Shown one piece after another: positions 32,384-45,689 of a stretch of 64,000 nt of DNA. How positions within the stretch are numbered: the first letter of the stretch is position 1; each line of letters starts with the position of its first letter. Under the pieces are notes generated by a model that worked only from the letters and a program-made list of their open reading frames with translations, ran no database searches and was not told where the DNA came from. Source of the DNA: Haliotis asinina (taxonomy: Eukaryota); NCBI RefSeq assembly GCF_037392515.1, contig NC_090285.1, positions 70,717,515 through 70,781,514 of the forward strand. Direction: 5' to 3'. A program made the position numbers and the translations under genes.

Positions 32384-32639
32384 GTAAGTGTTTCCTTATG
32401 TCCTGCGAATTGGAGTTATCAAATACGTTAGGAAGACGTGTATTGCCTTTAGGTGGGGAGTACTCCCACTGCTGCACATGTGCTCTCTAGGACCTGCCCA
32501 GATTAGATATTTTAGGGTTTAAAGAGCACCATTCCAAAACGTGTCTACTGCTGTAACTAGATGTTCTCACCTGAAATGTTCCAGCGATGAATAAGACATA
32601 TGTATTTGAGGAATATGGTGTAACTACTTTAGAGTATGT

Positions 32640-34260
32640 GGCCCTGACGTTGACAGGTTGTGGAGTCGATGTTGACAGGTTGTGGAGTGTGTGTTGACAG
32701 TTTGTGGAATGGATGTTAGCATCTGGTGACCTTGATATTGACATGTTGTCTCCACAACATATCAGCATTCTACATGTCAACATCCACTCCACAACATGTC
32801 AACATCCACCCAACGACATATCATCATCCTCTCCACAACATGTCAACATCCACCCAACGACATATCATCATCCTCTCCACAACATGTCAACATCCACCCA
32901 ACGACATATCAGCATCCTCTCCACAACATGTCAACATCCACCCAACGACATATCATTATCCTCTCCACAACATGTCAACATCCACCCAACAACATATCAG
33001 CATCCTCTCCACAATGTGTCAACATCCCCCCAACGACATATCAGCATCCTCTCCACAACATGTCAACATCCACCCAACGACATATCATCATCCTCTCCAC
33101 AACATGTCAACATCCACCCAACAACATATCAGCATCCTCTCCACAATGTGTCAACATCCACCCAACAACATATCAGCATCCTACATGTCAACGTCAACTC
33201 CACAACATGTCAACATCCACCCGACAACATATCGGCATCCTACATGTCAACGTCAACTCCACAACATGTCAACATCCACCCAACAACATATCAGCATCCT
33301 CTCCACAATGTGTCAACATCCACCCAACAACATATCAGCATCCTGCATGTCAACGTCAACTCCACAACATGTCAACATCCACCCAACAACATATCGGCAT
33401 CCTACATGTCAACGTCAACTCCACAACATGTCAACATCCACCCAACAACATATCAGCATCCTCTCCACAATGTGTCAACATCCACCCAACAACATATCAG
33501 CATCCTACATGTCAACATCCACTCCACAACATGTCAAAACCCACTCCACAAAATGTCAACATCCACTCCATGACATGTGAACATCCACAACATGTCAAAA
33601 CCCACTCCACTACATGTCAGCATCCACTCCACAGCATATCAGCATCCACTCCACAGCATGTCAGCATCCTCTCTACAACATGTCAATATCCTCTCCACTA
33701 CATGTCAACATTCTCTCCACTACATGTCAACATCCTCTCCACTACATGTCAACATCCACTCCACTACATGTCAACATCCACTCCACTACATGTCAACATC
33801 CACTCCACAACATGTCAACATCCGCTCCACTGCATGTCAACATCCACTCCACTACATGTCAACATCCACTCCACAACATGTCAACATCCGCTCCACTACA
33901 TGTCAACATCCACTCCACTACATGTCAACATCCACTCCACTACATGTCAACATCCACTCCACTACATGTCAACATCCACTCCACAACACGTCAACAGCCT
34001 CTCCACTACATGTCAGCATCCACAGCACAACATGTCAACATCCACTCCACAGCATGTCAGCATCCACAGCACAACATGTCAACATCCACTCCACAGCATG
34101 TCAGCATCCTCTCTACAACATGTCAATATCCTCTCCACTACATGTCAACATCCACAGCACAACATGTCAACATCCTCTCCATTACACGTCAACAGCCTCT
34201 TAAGACGTTGTGGAGAGGATGTTGACATGTAGTGGAGTAGATGTTGACATGGTGTAACTG
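32640..34260. repeat. Intronic satellite array of about 1.6 kb. The base unit is 22 bp (ctccactacatgtcaacatcca), with 44/66-bp higher-order variants, and it is strongly strand-asymmetric (C/A-rich). Both ends carry 2-3 inverted copies of the unit.
   Basis: Main array in one orientation from about 32745 to 34200. Reverse-orientation units lie at 32645-32712 (gttgacaggttgtggag...) and 34205-34250 (gttgtggagaggatgttgacatgtagtggag...). The shared flank agagtatgtggc.c...gttgaca occurs at about 32621 and about 34262. The array generates ORFs up to 478 aa that are artefactual. Confidence 0.8.
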
Positions 34261-34452
34261 CTGCAGAGTATGTGGCTCCTCCGTTGACATTGATGTAGTT
34301 GTCCATCTCATACTCAGATTATTGGGTTTTTTTTAGCTCCTTCTATGAAAGGAGGTGTCAAACCAGTTAGTTACTGTTGGTATATATTAGTAGACTCTTT
34401 TGCTGAGCAAACAGTGAAGTTTTTAACTGAGTAATGTATGTATCCCGGCTAG

Positions 34453-34707
34453 GATGAGAAGAAAGGCCTGCGAGAGTCATGTGGCCCAAGCATACTTGAC
34501 TTAGTGAGTGGTCACAACATGGACATACTAGACTACATGGGCTGGGACGGAGACAAGGACGAGGAGAAGATGAGCACATCAATGTCTGAGATGGAGGATT
34601 TGATGCTGGAGCCAGAAGTGCAAGATTCATTGATGGAGCAGGACTCGATAACGTTGTACATGAAACAGACGAAGTTGAGGGATCTGGATCTGGATCAGTG
34701 TGAATCA
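34453..34707 (+). CDS. PARP4: PARP4 exon 26 (acidic linker after the vWA domain)
   Basis: Acceptor ccggctag|GAT. DEKKGLRESCGPSILDLVSGHNMDILDYMGWDGDKDEEKMSTSMSEMEDLMLEPEVQDSLMEQDSITLYMKQTKLRDLDLDQCES resembles vertebrate ..DVDFLPYMSWQGEPQEA... Donor TCA|gtaaga, phase 0. Confidence 0.6.
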
Positions 34708-35199
34708 GTAAGAACACCTCAGTAAAACGCTGTTTTTGCAGACAATAGGAAGCAAACTTAATGCAACCCCTTGATCTGTTAGACTAGGAAGATATAAGGA
34801 CATGTTACATTTCACTTTGAATTCATATCTTGTGTCAATAATTCAAGATACAAATGTACTTGTTTTGTTGCAAGTGTAATGGGTAGTTATGAAGTGGGAG
34901 TTCTGCCGTAGATGCAGCTTATAGTTTTATTTAGGTTTAGATGTCACCCTAGCCCGATGGCAACATAGTTTAGCCACTGTGTGGATTGGGTTTTTAAAAG
35001 TGTTCTTAAAGGCAGGTGTAATAATTGGTGAAGACTTGCTGGTGTGGATGTGTACTATTTTATCCTTTTTTAAAATGTAGCCGTAATATTCGGCACGACT
35101 TGATGAAGTGGGTCTAGTATGAATTCCTCAAAGTGGTTGAGAGAGTACGGGACATTACATTCCCGGGTTTCGAAGGCATTATTGATTAACATATCCATG

Positions 35200-36160
35200 A
35201 GATGATGTAACCATTCACTGCTCTTGAGACCTAAACTATCATACAGGCTGTCGACGGATGATGTGACACATGGCGGCATAAATATTGAGTACACTCTGGT
35301 GCATCAGAACAACCATTTTTCGATCAGTCTCCACATGCCGATGAGAGACGGAGACAAATCTTTAATAAGAGGGGGGCAATACTGTGTCGGGAGGGAAGAT
35401 TTGTAATTCTCCAGGGACGAATCCTCTCCACAGTCCATCTTGCAAGTACTACAAAGTTGATTCACCGTCTTTGATGTCCACTCAGTCAATGCGGTACATT
35501 TTCATGGACCACGTGAGTTCTGTGGCATGACATTTATCCCCTCCCTCAAGCTCACTGGACTGGTACAGATGCCTCATGACAACCCAGTCCAGTAAATTTT
35601 TCTCTTTGCCACGATGCAAAGGTGCATCCGATTTGGTCGGCATGGATTTCATTTGAATGGCCTCGACAGGTTGTTTATTGATGAATTGAGTGACTTAGTT
35701 ATTGATTGCTGACATTACGTGCGGTAAGCACTACACCCTTTCCATGGATCGATTGTCAGGGTTGACTATCTCTTGGGCATACTGGTGTCTGAACAAACAA
35801 TCGGCCAAGTCCTGATGAATTCAGTGATGGCTTGGCATCGGTGAGCTCCAACCACCCTCACCTCTCTTGGACTTCATGGCTGGCTAACTGCTGTGACACG
35901 GTGCATTCGTCCTTCATTTTGCCAAGGACTTTTGGTCCTACTTGGTCTTAGACCTCAAATTGGGGACGAGGTTTTCCATGTGGGCCAGCTTAATGTTTCT
36001 GAGTAATATTTGCTGACAGTCTGACAGCCGGTCTCGGTTCACCATCAAACGTTCAGGAGCCAGTGGATAACTGGTGTGCGTTTTGTGCAAAGCTTCGGGA
36101 TATTCCAAATCCACTTCGAGCAGGTGGCCCATCTTCAAGTCCTCGGTGATCGTCATAATG
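35200..36160 (-). pseudogene. Degraded protein-primed family-B DNA polymerase fragment, Polinton/Maverick-like, inside a PARP4 intron
   Basis: Minus-strand ORF 35938-36156 encodes ...LLEVDLEYPEALHKTHTSYPLAPERL..., matching the recalled invertebrate Maverick pPolB motif VDLEYPxELHDLHNDYPLAPE. Downstream frames give ...PLHRGKEKNLLDWVVMRHLYQ and VLMHQSVLNIY, recalling the ILDLSK.LMYDFHY and LLFTDTDSLIY motifs but mutated and frame-shifted. Multiple stops. Confidence 0.4.
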
Positions 36161-39100
36161 TTGTCTGTGTTAAAATGGTCTCCGTTAGTAGTAAATGCAA
36201 TAGTGGTACGAGACTATTATCGACAAAAGTCTCTGTAAACCTTTGGGTTTTTTTTAAGTTAAGCTTTTATCAGGCCTTTATCTCTTTCCACTAGCATGTG
36301 TACCACTTTTTGCTTGCCCCACAACTTCCTGGTCACTATGACTGCAAATCAACATTTCCTGGTCACTCGATTGTGTATTATATCTTTGACGGTCTGTTAC
36401 CCCCTTGTTTTATTAATTTTTCCTCTTTGCTGAAGGTGGAGTTTGTACGAGACTTGGTCCGAATCTCTTGTTTCATTCTGTTGTATTTAACAATTTCCAG
36501 AACGAAACTCCTCTTCTGATATTTTAGTTTTGGTGAGTGCAGTGGAAATGTGGTCGTCTATGGTGTTGAGCTTTGATTCAGCTAGAATTCCAATTTCATA
36601 ATATTTCAATGCTTTACATGTTGTAGTTAACGAGATATGTACTTAAGAGCGAATCTGGTGACCTCTACAAGTCCAGCTGTTATTTCAATGCCTAACACTA
36701 CAACGAAACCATCTTTGTTAAATGAGATGTACAGTGTGGTGCAGATTATGTTCATGAACCATTCAGGTCCTTTAAAGTCTGACAGATCAACCCGATCATA
36801 CACATTGTTTTTTATAGTGCAAGCCATTTTCAGTGCCGTGCAAATCGAATCCCCTTACGTCTCCAGATGGCCATTGGTGACTGATGGCCATTGCCTATAT
36901 AAAATGTTAGAAAATAGTTTCCAATTGTTTTTCTGATAAGTTCTCAGGTGTGCGCTTCAACCCATGAAATGTATGTTGTTTGGTAGGAAAATTGTGTTAA
37001 GTGATATGGTGTCTTGGTGACTCGTTGCAGCCTGGCAATCCATGTTCACCCATACGTAAATAGAGCAAGCGTGATATTGATGTTGTTTGGTCAACCAGAG
37101 TTCAATTCCTTGAATGATTTCGACTTCGCATCATGATTGTTCACTGAAGTAGAGTAGTATGATCAACGTGGGATTAGCCAGTAGATTTTCCACGATGCTG
37201 GCTTGTCACGTGTTCGAATTCCGACACCCACGTTGGATGTATTGGGTTTGCTAGAGAGTATGTGAGTGAGTGTAGTAAGATGTGACAGGGCTTCAACAAC
37301 CATGGCGTGTCTGTATATAAGCCACATGAAGTGTTCCATTGTTCATGATTTTGTTCAGGTAGTGGTCTGTGTTCTCCATGAACATGTAGGAGGGCCAAGC
37401 GTGATGTATAGAAACCAGTTGACTTGTAGCAAAGTCCATTTGTCATCCTTGGTGAAGAAGGGAGCATACTGCTTGTTTCGAATTACAACCATGCGCTTGA
37501 TCTCGTCTAAGTTGAATAGCTTGCTGCCGAATGCTGTGGTTATCATCCATTCGTCATTGTCATTGTGGACTAGGACGTACTGAACGTTGCTGACCGCTCC
37601 TAAGGCATCACTGTTGCTTACCTTATATTACCATATATATGCCGAACCCATAGATAAGCCGACCCCTAAACTGAGATAACACCTAAAATCAGTGTCAAAA
37701 TGATATATTTCGTGCATAAACTGACTGTGGGTTGCTGTTCAACTCCCACTAACAGACATCTGGCAGTTACAGTCTTGGATGTAAAACTTATATATGTTAA
37801 GTGAGAATAATATCTAATAAAGATTATAGTGACCATTATTCCTAAAACTCCGTGTTTTTTTTCCTTCTTATATGCACAATAATACCTTAACCTGACAGAA
37901 TTAGAATTACAAACTATATTTCCCAATTTTATTGGAAGAAAATTCTCATACACATGCTTCATCAACAGGTCCACATTATTAAATTGTCAAAGAGCAAAAG
38001 ACGAAAAAGAAAACCACAGATATTGCTTGAGAAATGTCTATGTAGTAACTTTCCAATTACGTAAGAAAAAATATATAAAAGTTTGAAGGGATATTTAGTG
38101 GATCGAAACATGGCTCTCAGCTGGGGGATATAATGACATGTTACAAATGAAAGGGAATTATGCACCTACTCCAATAATCTCCCACTTTCTGCTTGTGCAA
38201 ACAACAAAACAATAGCATTTGGGTCCATTGGTAACATTACTTGTGTATCATTTGTGTGGAACCAATCACTGTATGTAAAGTCACAGGAAGCAGCTGATCA
38301 TACTGGAACCTGCATGTCATTTTGCAGTTGGCGACCAGACAGCATGATAACTGTTGTTATTGTTATTGTGTGTAAGGAAGGAACAAAACTTCATAGTGAC
38401 TTAGCATAAAATATTTTGAAATAATGAAAACTGTATGCTTCTATATGTATTTTATAGATCATGTATAACAAAGTGGCTGTAATCGTAGTAAATTTCCTGG
38501 CAGGTGTATTGCTAACCTGTAAGATCATCCTGACAGGGCACTGACGAAATGAAAAATAGTTTCATGAAATCGTGTCTCATAGATAAGTCGACCTCCTTAT
38601 ACAGACTGCTTTTTTGGGTCCTCAAAATTTTGCTTACACAAGGTATTTTACAGTAAGTTACTGTTGGATTCACTGATGGGCGGTTTGTAAACGATGTTTG
38701 TAAATGATGTTTGTAAACAATGTTTGTAAATGATGTTTGTAAACGATGTTTGTAAATGATGTTTGTAAACAATGTTTGTAAACGATGTTTGTAAATGATG
38801 TTTTTCAGTTGCAAATCATACAGTTTACTCCTCCATCTACTCCTGGTTCGTCAAACCTGCGACTGTCCCCAAGTTTGGAAGTCGTTAAGTTGGCACATTT
38901 TTTCATTCGCATTCTGGGGCCTTAACCGCTTGTCATTATCATACGTGTAGCATTACACTGAGGTATCCTATATTCACAGGATTATGTTTTACATCTAAAA
39001 CTGAAATTTTAAACTCCAAGGTGGTGCTTTGTGTTAATTTCTTGTACTGCAGCGCTGAAAACAATTCGGTTCTGTCGTCATTATACTTTAACGTTTTCAC

Positions 39101-42100
39101 TGGTACAGCTCTCAGCAGCATAGAAGGGTGTTCACTTTGAATGTCCGTCGTGCTCAGCTGATGGAGATAAATGCACAGTTCACGGTACGGAATGAGGTCG
39201 GGTAATTTCATACCCGTGATGATGGTTGTAGGCTTTATTTCATGTGGCTGCAATCTGAGTATTCTGGCCAATGGCCGGCTGAGACTTAAGGTGTTTAATC
39301 CGTTGTTGATTAACACGACCATACTGTTTGAATAATTTATTTTGAGTTCGCCTCCCAAAGGTTTGAATGCTTCATCGCTCAGATAGCATACACTGTAGTA
39401 ACTGTTGGTTGTGTGGTTGTGGATGCCACTGATGAACTGCTTCTTGTTGCTGTCATTGGTGTTGGTCCATCATGGGAGGTAGGTGATATTGCAGAGGTCT
39501 TCTTCAAGTTGGCCAGACATGTCATCGAGCGCGCGCAGGAGTTAAACGGCATCAGCGCTAGTTATTCCTGGAAGTGTAATGTACATATTAAAAGTATATA
39601 TGTCCATTATATAATAATTTTAAATGTAGAAAGCAAGAGTGTTATATTCTGAAAATGATAATGTAACGCTTCCGATGTTACTCACTTGAAGATCATAGTC
39701 GATGCAGCTGGGTTGCATTTCAGAGCACCACTCATCAACTTCATCAATGTATAACTTTTTTAGTGGCATTTTAGAAGGTGGTATGATGAAGACGTATTAA
39801 AAAATCATGGGTTTTCGGTAGTGAATGTTAAAATGGTGCATGATTGGTTTAATAACCCGATGCAGTTCTGGCAGAATCAATTCTATTTTGCAGTGTGGTG
39901 CATGACAACAAGGTGTGGCTTGATGTTGATTGACACTCATGAAGATGAACTGAGTCAGTCTGGGTTTTATTTCCACATGTATTACCAGATCAGACGTATG
40001 CCCTTCGAATGTTCATGGACGTTGATCATGCCATGTGCAGGTAACTGGTGAACAGGATGGCGATGAACCGACACTCTGTCAGTGTTACACCCCTTGCCCG
40101 GAGCAAAAACACTGTGAACTGATCTTTGTCGCACTAGGCCCACATCGATGACGTCAAACCTCTGACCGTTGCCAAATCAAGAGGAACTGAATGACCTGGA
40201 TGCATCATATTTATCTATTCATAATTAAATAGGTCTATCTATTCATAGTTAAATACATGCTGGATATAGGCTTTCCACCATACTAGTGGTCAAAACCCAG
40301 AAATTGACTGATGGAGTTACCTCCCCAGTGGAATGGGAAGGGAGTATGACACTATGCCGGTGTAGATCTGGTTGACCCTATGGTCTTTGTCAACTCGGCT
40401 CTGAGCCAGAACTCATGTCTTACACACAGCTTATTGATCTCATAAGCATTTTCTGAATTTTGTTGGTAGTGAAATAGTGCCCCAAATTTTGTTTGGCTTT
40501 GGCGCCAACTGCCTGTGCCATCAGTCTATCCTGCTTATCATCATTACTTTTATCGTCGGCCACCAATTTTTTGAGCAGTTTGATGCACTCCATTGTATAA
40601 TGTAACAAATTATTTTTTATTCTAATATCCAATACAGATGAAACATAGCAAGATGAAAGTTAACTTACACACTATGAAAATTTCAAAAAATGACATTTAA
40701 TATAAAAATGTAAACATATGTTTCGCTGAGATGAATGCACTCGAGTGACCAGGAAGTTGTGAGGCGAGCAAAACGTGGTACACAGCGGAAAGAAATAAAG
40801 GTCTGATAAAGCTTTATTTTGTATAACCCCCAAGAGACCGGGGCTGGTGTAGTACCATGCAGGGTCGAGTTGGTATTGTATCAAACATTGTTTTTGGAAG
40901 GTTTCAAACACCTCGGTCAACAGAGCACATCTCTTCTGAAGTTTGGGTTGTGATAATTGCCCAAAGTTTGGCAGCCTGGTTTTTCCCTCACAGTCTAGGC
41001 GTGGTCATACTCATCCTGAGATATAGTGGGGTCGGTTAAGCTACTGTAAAAGCAATCAATGCGAGTAAGTCGGGCGGGTGTCACCGAGCTTGGACCAATC
41101 ATTCATGTGGGTAAATGCCCTTTTGAGACCAAGTCGCCACGTAGGTTTATGTTCGGTGATGGCAAAGGTGCCACTTGTCTTGACCAAACTATTGAGCAAC
41201 GCCAGGAGAAACTGAGGGCTGTTGATAAACTTTGCGATTGAGCAAGAATGAGATGTATTTCTCCATGTTAGGAATGCCTTTGATCTCGCCGCCAACCTTC
41301 GAGATGGCCTGCATGATCAAGTGAGCATCGTACCCTCAGGGGTGGGGACTTTTTGAGGTTAGATTCTCCGTTTCAGGTTACACATGTTATGAGCAGAACA
41401 TTGGAGCAGGCTCTGACAACACTTCACGGATGGCTTTCTCTTCGCGTTTCTCGCGAGGAGCTGAGAAATGTTTTTGCTGCATCAGGACATCGAACAACCA
41501 CATACCCAAACTCTCGTTGTTCCTGGGATTTGTACTTGAAACTTTGGTCAGGGGACGGAACAATGGTGTCCATGGATTGGATGAGTGGCTTTGAAGTCGT
41601 CGTAGATGACGTAAGGCACGGGCATTTGATGTTGGTAATGGATGAAGGCCAAGATGTTTTTGCGTCGATTCAGATGGCCATCTCTCCACACACCTCAGTA
41701 ATCCTCACAGTGCACTGCACTTCCAGGAGGTAGGCTCGTGTGAAACCATGCAAGCACCCTTCACAGAAATGTTTCTTTTCTTTATGCATCGATTGGTCTT
41801 ACAATAGTTGGCTCAAACTTGTGATCCACGCATAGTGATACTGGTCACCATTTTTGATCAGAAATGAATTGATTCTGAACTCATCATCAGATCTGATTCA
41901 GTGCACGATTCAGTCATATTGCCTTCATGACTGGAGACGTTGATGGTTAAACGGTTTTGTTTTTCCATCTTCGTTATTTGAGAGATGGGTATGGGTGCGT
42001 CTAACCCATCCAAGTTCAGCCCATCTTCAGCGGGATAGCTCAAAGGTCTTTTTGCAAATTTAGAATCTGGTGATCCTTGTTGTTTTTAATTTTCATGATG

Positions 42101-42779
42101 GTGTTTTTGTTCTTATGATAGGGAAGCAAGTCTAGGTATGATCCTCCTTTTAATGGTACATAGTTCGCTATGTCTAGGTAGATGGTATCAGTTTTATTCA
42201 CCACCCATCTGGAACCTCTTTGGATTCTTGGATGTGTGGCAATGAGTTATTGAGGGTCGAAGGGATCAAGCCGAATGGAATGATGATTTCCTGCTTGCCT
42301 CGCAAATAAGTCGTGATGGACTCCGTGCTGCTGTGCGTCTGTGGTTTGTCAAGCGTCATTTTTTGCTTCAGTTGGTATTTGATACATTTCAAATCGTTCA
42401 ATTCTTTGTGAAGTTTTCTGATGATTAAGGGTTTGAGTTTATCGATATTGATATTGGAATCAACCTCTATTTTCCAACCTCTCAGATACTTACCCACTGC
42501 GTGTTTAGTAGGGACGAATCTCAAACTGACCGGCTCGGTGTCTTCCAGCGAGGTGGTGAGTTCAGCTTTCCTCATACGAGAACCCCCTGTTCTTCAGCTT
42601 GAACTTTGAGCTCTTTGACAATGGAAGGTTTGTCATAGTCAATGTTCAGTTAGGTGAACAGTTAGGGTGTCCTCGTGTGAGAATAACCAATCCACATTTT
42701 TTGGCCATCGCTTTGAGTTCTCTGACGGTCGTCATGATGCTATATCATTGTGTGAAAAATGTAATGATAAAGTAAATAA

Positions 42780-42960
42780 ATAATTACATTCATATGCAAA
42801 AGTCAAATGCCTATCAGGTTGTAAACCATATGCAACATCAAATGCCTATCAGGTTGTAAACCATATGCAAAGTCAAATGCCTATCAGGTTGTATACCATA
42901 TGCGAAGTGAGATGTCTAACAGGTTGTATACCATATAGTGAAATGTTTAAAAGGTTTTAT
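42780..42960. repeat. Tandem repeat, about 34-bp unit with 5 copies
   Basis: agtcaaatgcctatcaggttgtaaaccatatgcaa repeats. Confidence 0.8.
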
Positions 42961-45475
42961 TAGATCTATATTTTATTTGTAGATAATCTGCAGCAAGTCC
43001 TGCTTGGTTTTGAGTTTGTTCTCCATCGTTTGCTCGAGCAGTTTGTTGCACTCCATCTTATAATACAGCAAACTGTTTTTATCCCACACAAGCTTCCCGC
43101 GAAGCACTGTGTTAGGTGACACGCCCTAAAAATTCGGAGTGTGGGAGCTTTACTATTTTGTATTTAAGTTTGCTTGATTTTGCTTGAATGTTGCTTGAAT
43201 GTAACTTAAGTTTGTGCGAATGGTGCTTAAGCTAATGAATGTTATAGGCTATGAGTTGGTCCATTTTCAAGAGTTTGGTAGGTTTTGTTTCAGCAAGCTG
43301 TTTTTTCATGCGGTTGTGTTCTTGTTTGCTCAGAATCACATCCTTTTCTCTTAAGCATTCCTTGATTGAATCCCAGTCCTTGCAGTGAAACAGGGCTACC
43401 CATCACGTCTGCTCCCTGAGGTCTTTGAGCACCAAGTATTTTTTGTGTCAGCACCCAAACACTGTGCTTCATGTGCTGGCCCAAGGAGGCATGTCTCGTT
43501 CTTTCACCATGTCCTTGTTGGCACTGCAGTTGTCTAGGGCAAACAGTGTTGACTCCCCTTTCAATTTGTCGTGATAAGCAGCCAACCAGTCCTGCAGATG
43601 CGTTCCAGATGCGTTCCAGGATCCACCCTGTGCATGTCCATCACTCAGGCTCTCTCCGTGTGCATCTTTGTTCACCTGCAATGTCGGGCAGAGAATGATC
43701 ATGTGATCGAATGCGTCCCAACAGTATCCTTCCAGTAGGTCCAGCATGAAAGCCACATCCCGTCTACATAATATACCTTATATCAGCATATACAGTAAAC
43801 AAAATAATGTGGGTCTGTGAATGAAATGTTTGACTTTAAAGTGAATGTTTCTATAATTGATGGTTTACTTTTCAGGCACTCTACCACCGTGTGATGCAAG
43901 GTAATGATACTTTACTTTTTTCTGGTATTGTGGATTTTGTCAAGTGATGGAAACTCTGTTATCACATATGTCTGTCTGTATTTTGAAAGTGTTTTAGATT
44001 GATCTGTCTTTAACAAAATAATATAAGTTGTTAAAGGTAGACTGATCTTTGTCAAAAGTGGCAGTGCTACTGTTTTTATCCACCACAACAACGGAGTTTG
44101 TCTGAAGCATATTTCCTAAACTATACATGATAGTTTGACCGAACTTTGTACACATGTCAAGCATGATCCCTAGATGTGCCTTTTAGGAATTAGACCCAGA
44201 TATGAATTTTATAGTTGGTGGTTTCCATGGAAACATGACTATGGCTGTGGCTTTGAGGATGTGATGAAACATGACTCTGGCTGTGGGTTTAAAGATGTCA
44301 ACTTGACAGGAGCAGATCTTCCAAACTTTAGCTTTTTTAAACTTAGTACACATGTTGGCCATGATCCCTAGATGTGCTGTTAGGGCTTACATGAGTGTAT
44401 GGATTTTTTGGGTTTTTTTGTTTCCACAACAAGTTTGGCTTTTGACTTAAATTGGTGGTTGTGCTCTTTTCTGGAGCAGAACTTTAAAACCATTCACTTT
44501 TTCTTTACTAAACTTGGCACATAGATAGGTCTGGTGAGTTACTGTTGCCTTTTGGTATGTTTGGATTTCTGAATGAAAGATTTTTGCATTTCCATGGCAA
44601 CAAGTTTGACCTTGACTGAATTTGATGGTAGTGTTCTTTTCCAGAGCAGAACTGTAAATCCTTACAATACTCTCCTTCCACTCTGCCATATGCACACCAA
44701 AACACTGACATACTGTAATCATAATTAGTAGACATATTCATGAAGAGTATTTTGAGGTTGCGGGAGATATTGATGGCTTTGTCTTGTTGTCTAGGGATTA
44801 AATATATATTGTGATATATATACTATATGTAGTAAATCAGTTTCACACAAGTCTAAAAAGATGATGTATGCAAGTAGATGTTGACAGTGAAAAGCAGAAT
44901 CCACTTTAACACAGTAGGACATTATTCATGATAATGTAATATAGATCAAATGTTATGGATAACAACTTTTTGAGTTATTTTGCACAGCGTCAGTAAATAT
45001 TAGAGGATCAGTGCCTGAGATCAACAGGGATCAAGGGGTTTACCTCCCTAGCGCCTGGCGCATCACCAAGAAATCATAGACTCTCAAACCACTCTGCTAT
45101 GTGAACATAGCTTGTCCTTCTGGTAAAAAACATACCCTATCGTTGTACTCCTTTCTTTCATCTCACCTTATTGTTTGTATATATGGTACTTAGTTATATC
45201 TCCAGTTTCCCATGTGCTTGTATATACATATTTACATAGCTGATTTCCTGTACATCAAAATAAATACACTATACTGTTCTCTATTTCGTTTTTCCATCTG
45301 ATGAAGGGCAAGAGCTAGCCCACAAACGGGAAAAATATATCAAGAAGTTCATATCCATAAGATTTGACCTGTATTACCACACCAACTTCTAAATGCCTTT
45401 GAAGAATCTCTTGTCCATGTGTAGATGTAGAACAGTATGTGGAGTTTGACAGTGAGGTGTGTTTTGTGTTCACAG

Positions 45476-45620
45476 AAAAGTGGATGCCATTCAGCAGGAA
45501 ATCTGCTATTGAGCCATTCAGCAGGAAATCTGCTATTGAACCAGAAAGCTCAGATGAGGAAGATGACGATTATGAGAGCTGGGATGCTGAATTACGAAAC
45601 AATCTGAAGACAGCTTCTTC
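45476..45620 (+). CDS. PARP4: PARP4 exon 28 (acidic and S/K-rich linker). It contains an in-frame 27-bp tandem duplication (PFSRKSAIE twice).
   Basis: Acceptor ttcacag|AA. (E)KWMPFSRKSAIEPFSRKSAIEPESSDEEDDDYESWDAELRNNLKTAS resembles vertebrate ..KIPFSKRKMELSQPEVSEDFEED. Donor TC|gtaggt, phase 2. Entry phase 1 is not supplied by exon 26, so an unmapped small exon is expected upstream (see the micro-exon finding). Confidence 0.55.
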
Positions 45621-45689
45621 GTAGGTTGATTTACCCTTCATACTGCTGCAGTGCATCACAATTCTCTGTGCAGAGTTGCCTCCTTTAGA

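Noticed and set aside
32704-34232. Very long + strand ORFs (203-478 aa) encoding HVNIHSTTCQHPL-type repeats
   Set aside because: They are produced by the 22-bp satellite array. Three overlapping frames are all open, which is typical of low-complexity repeats. The array lies in an intron of PARP4 between well-supported exons.
36076-43756. Assorted 60-139-aa ORFs on both strands in the large intron (for example 38939-39358 and 42198-42575 minus, 41353-41733 plus)
   Set aside because: None has a recognisable domain. They sit in a region that looks like decayed Polinton/TE debris with frame-shifts between neighbouring ORFs. I treat them as relic or non-coding sequence rather than genes.
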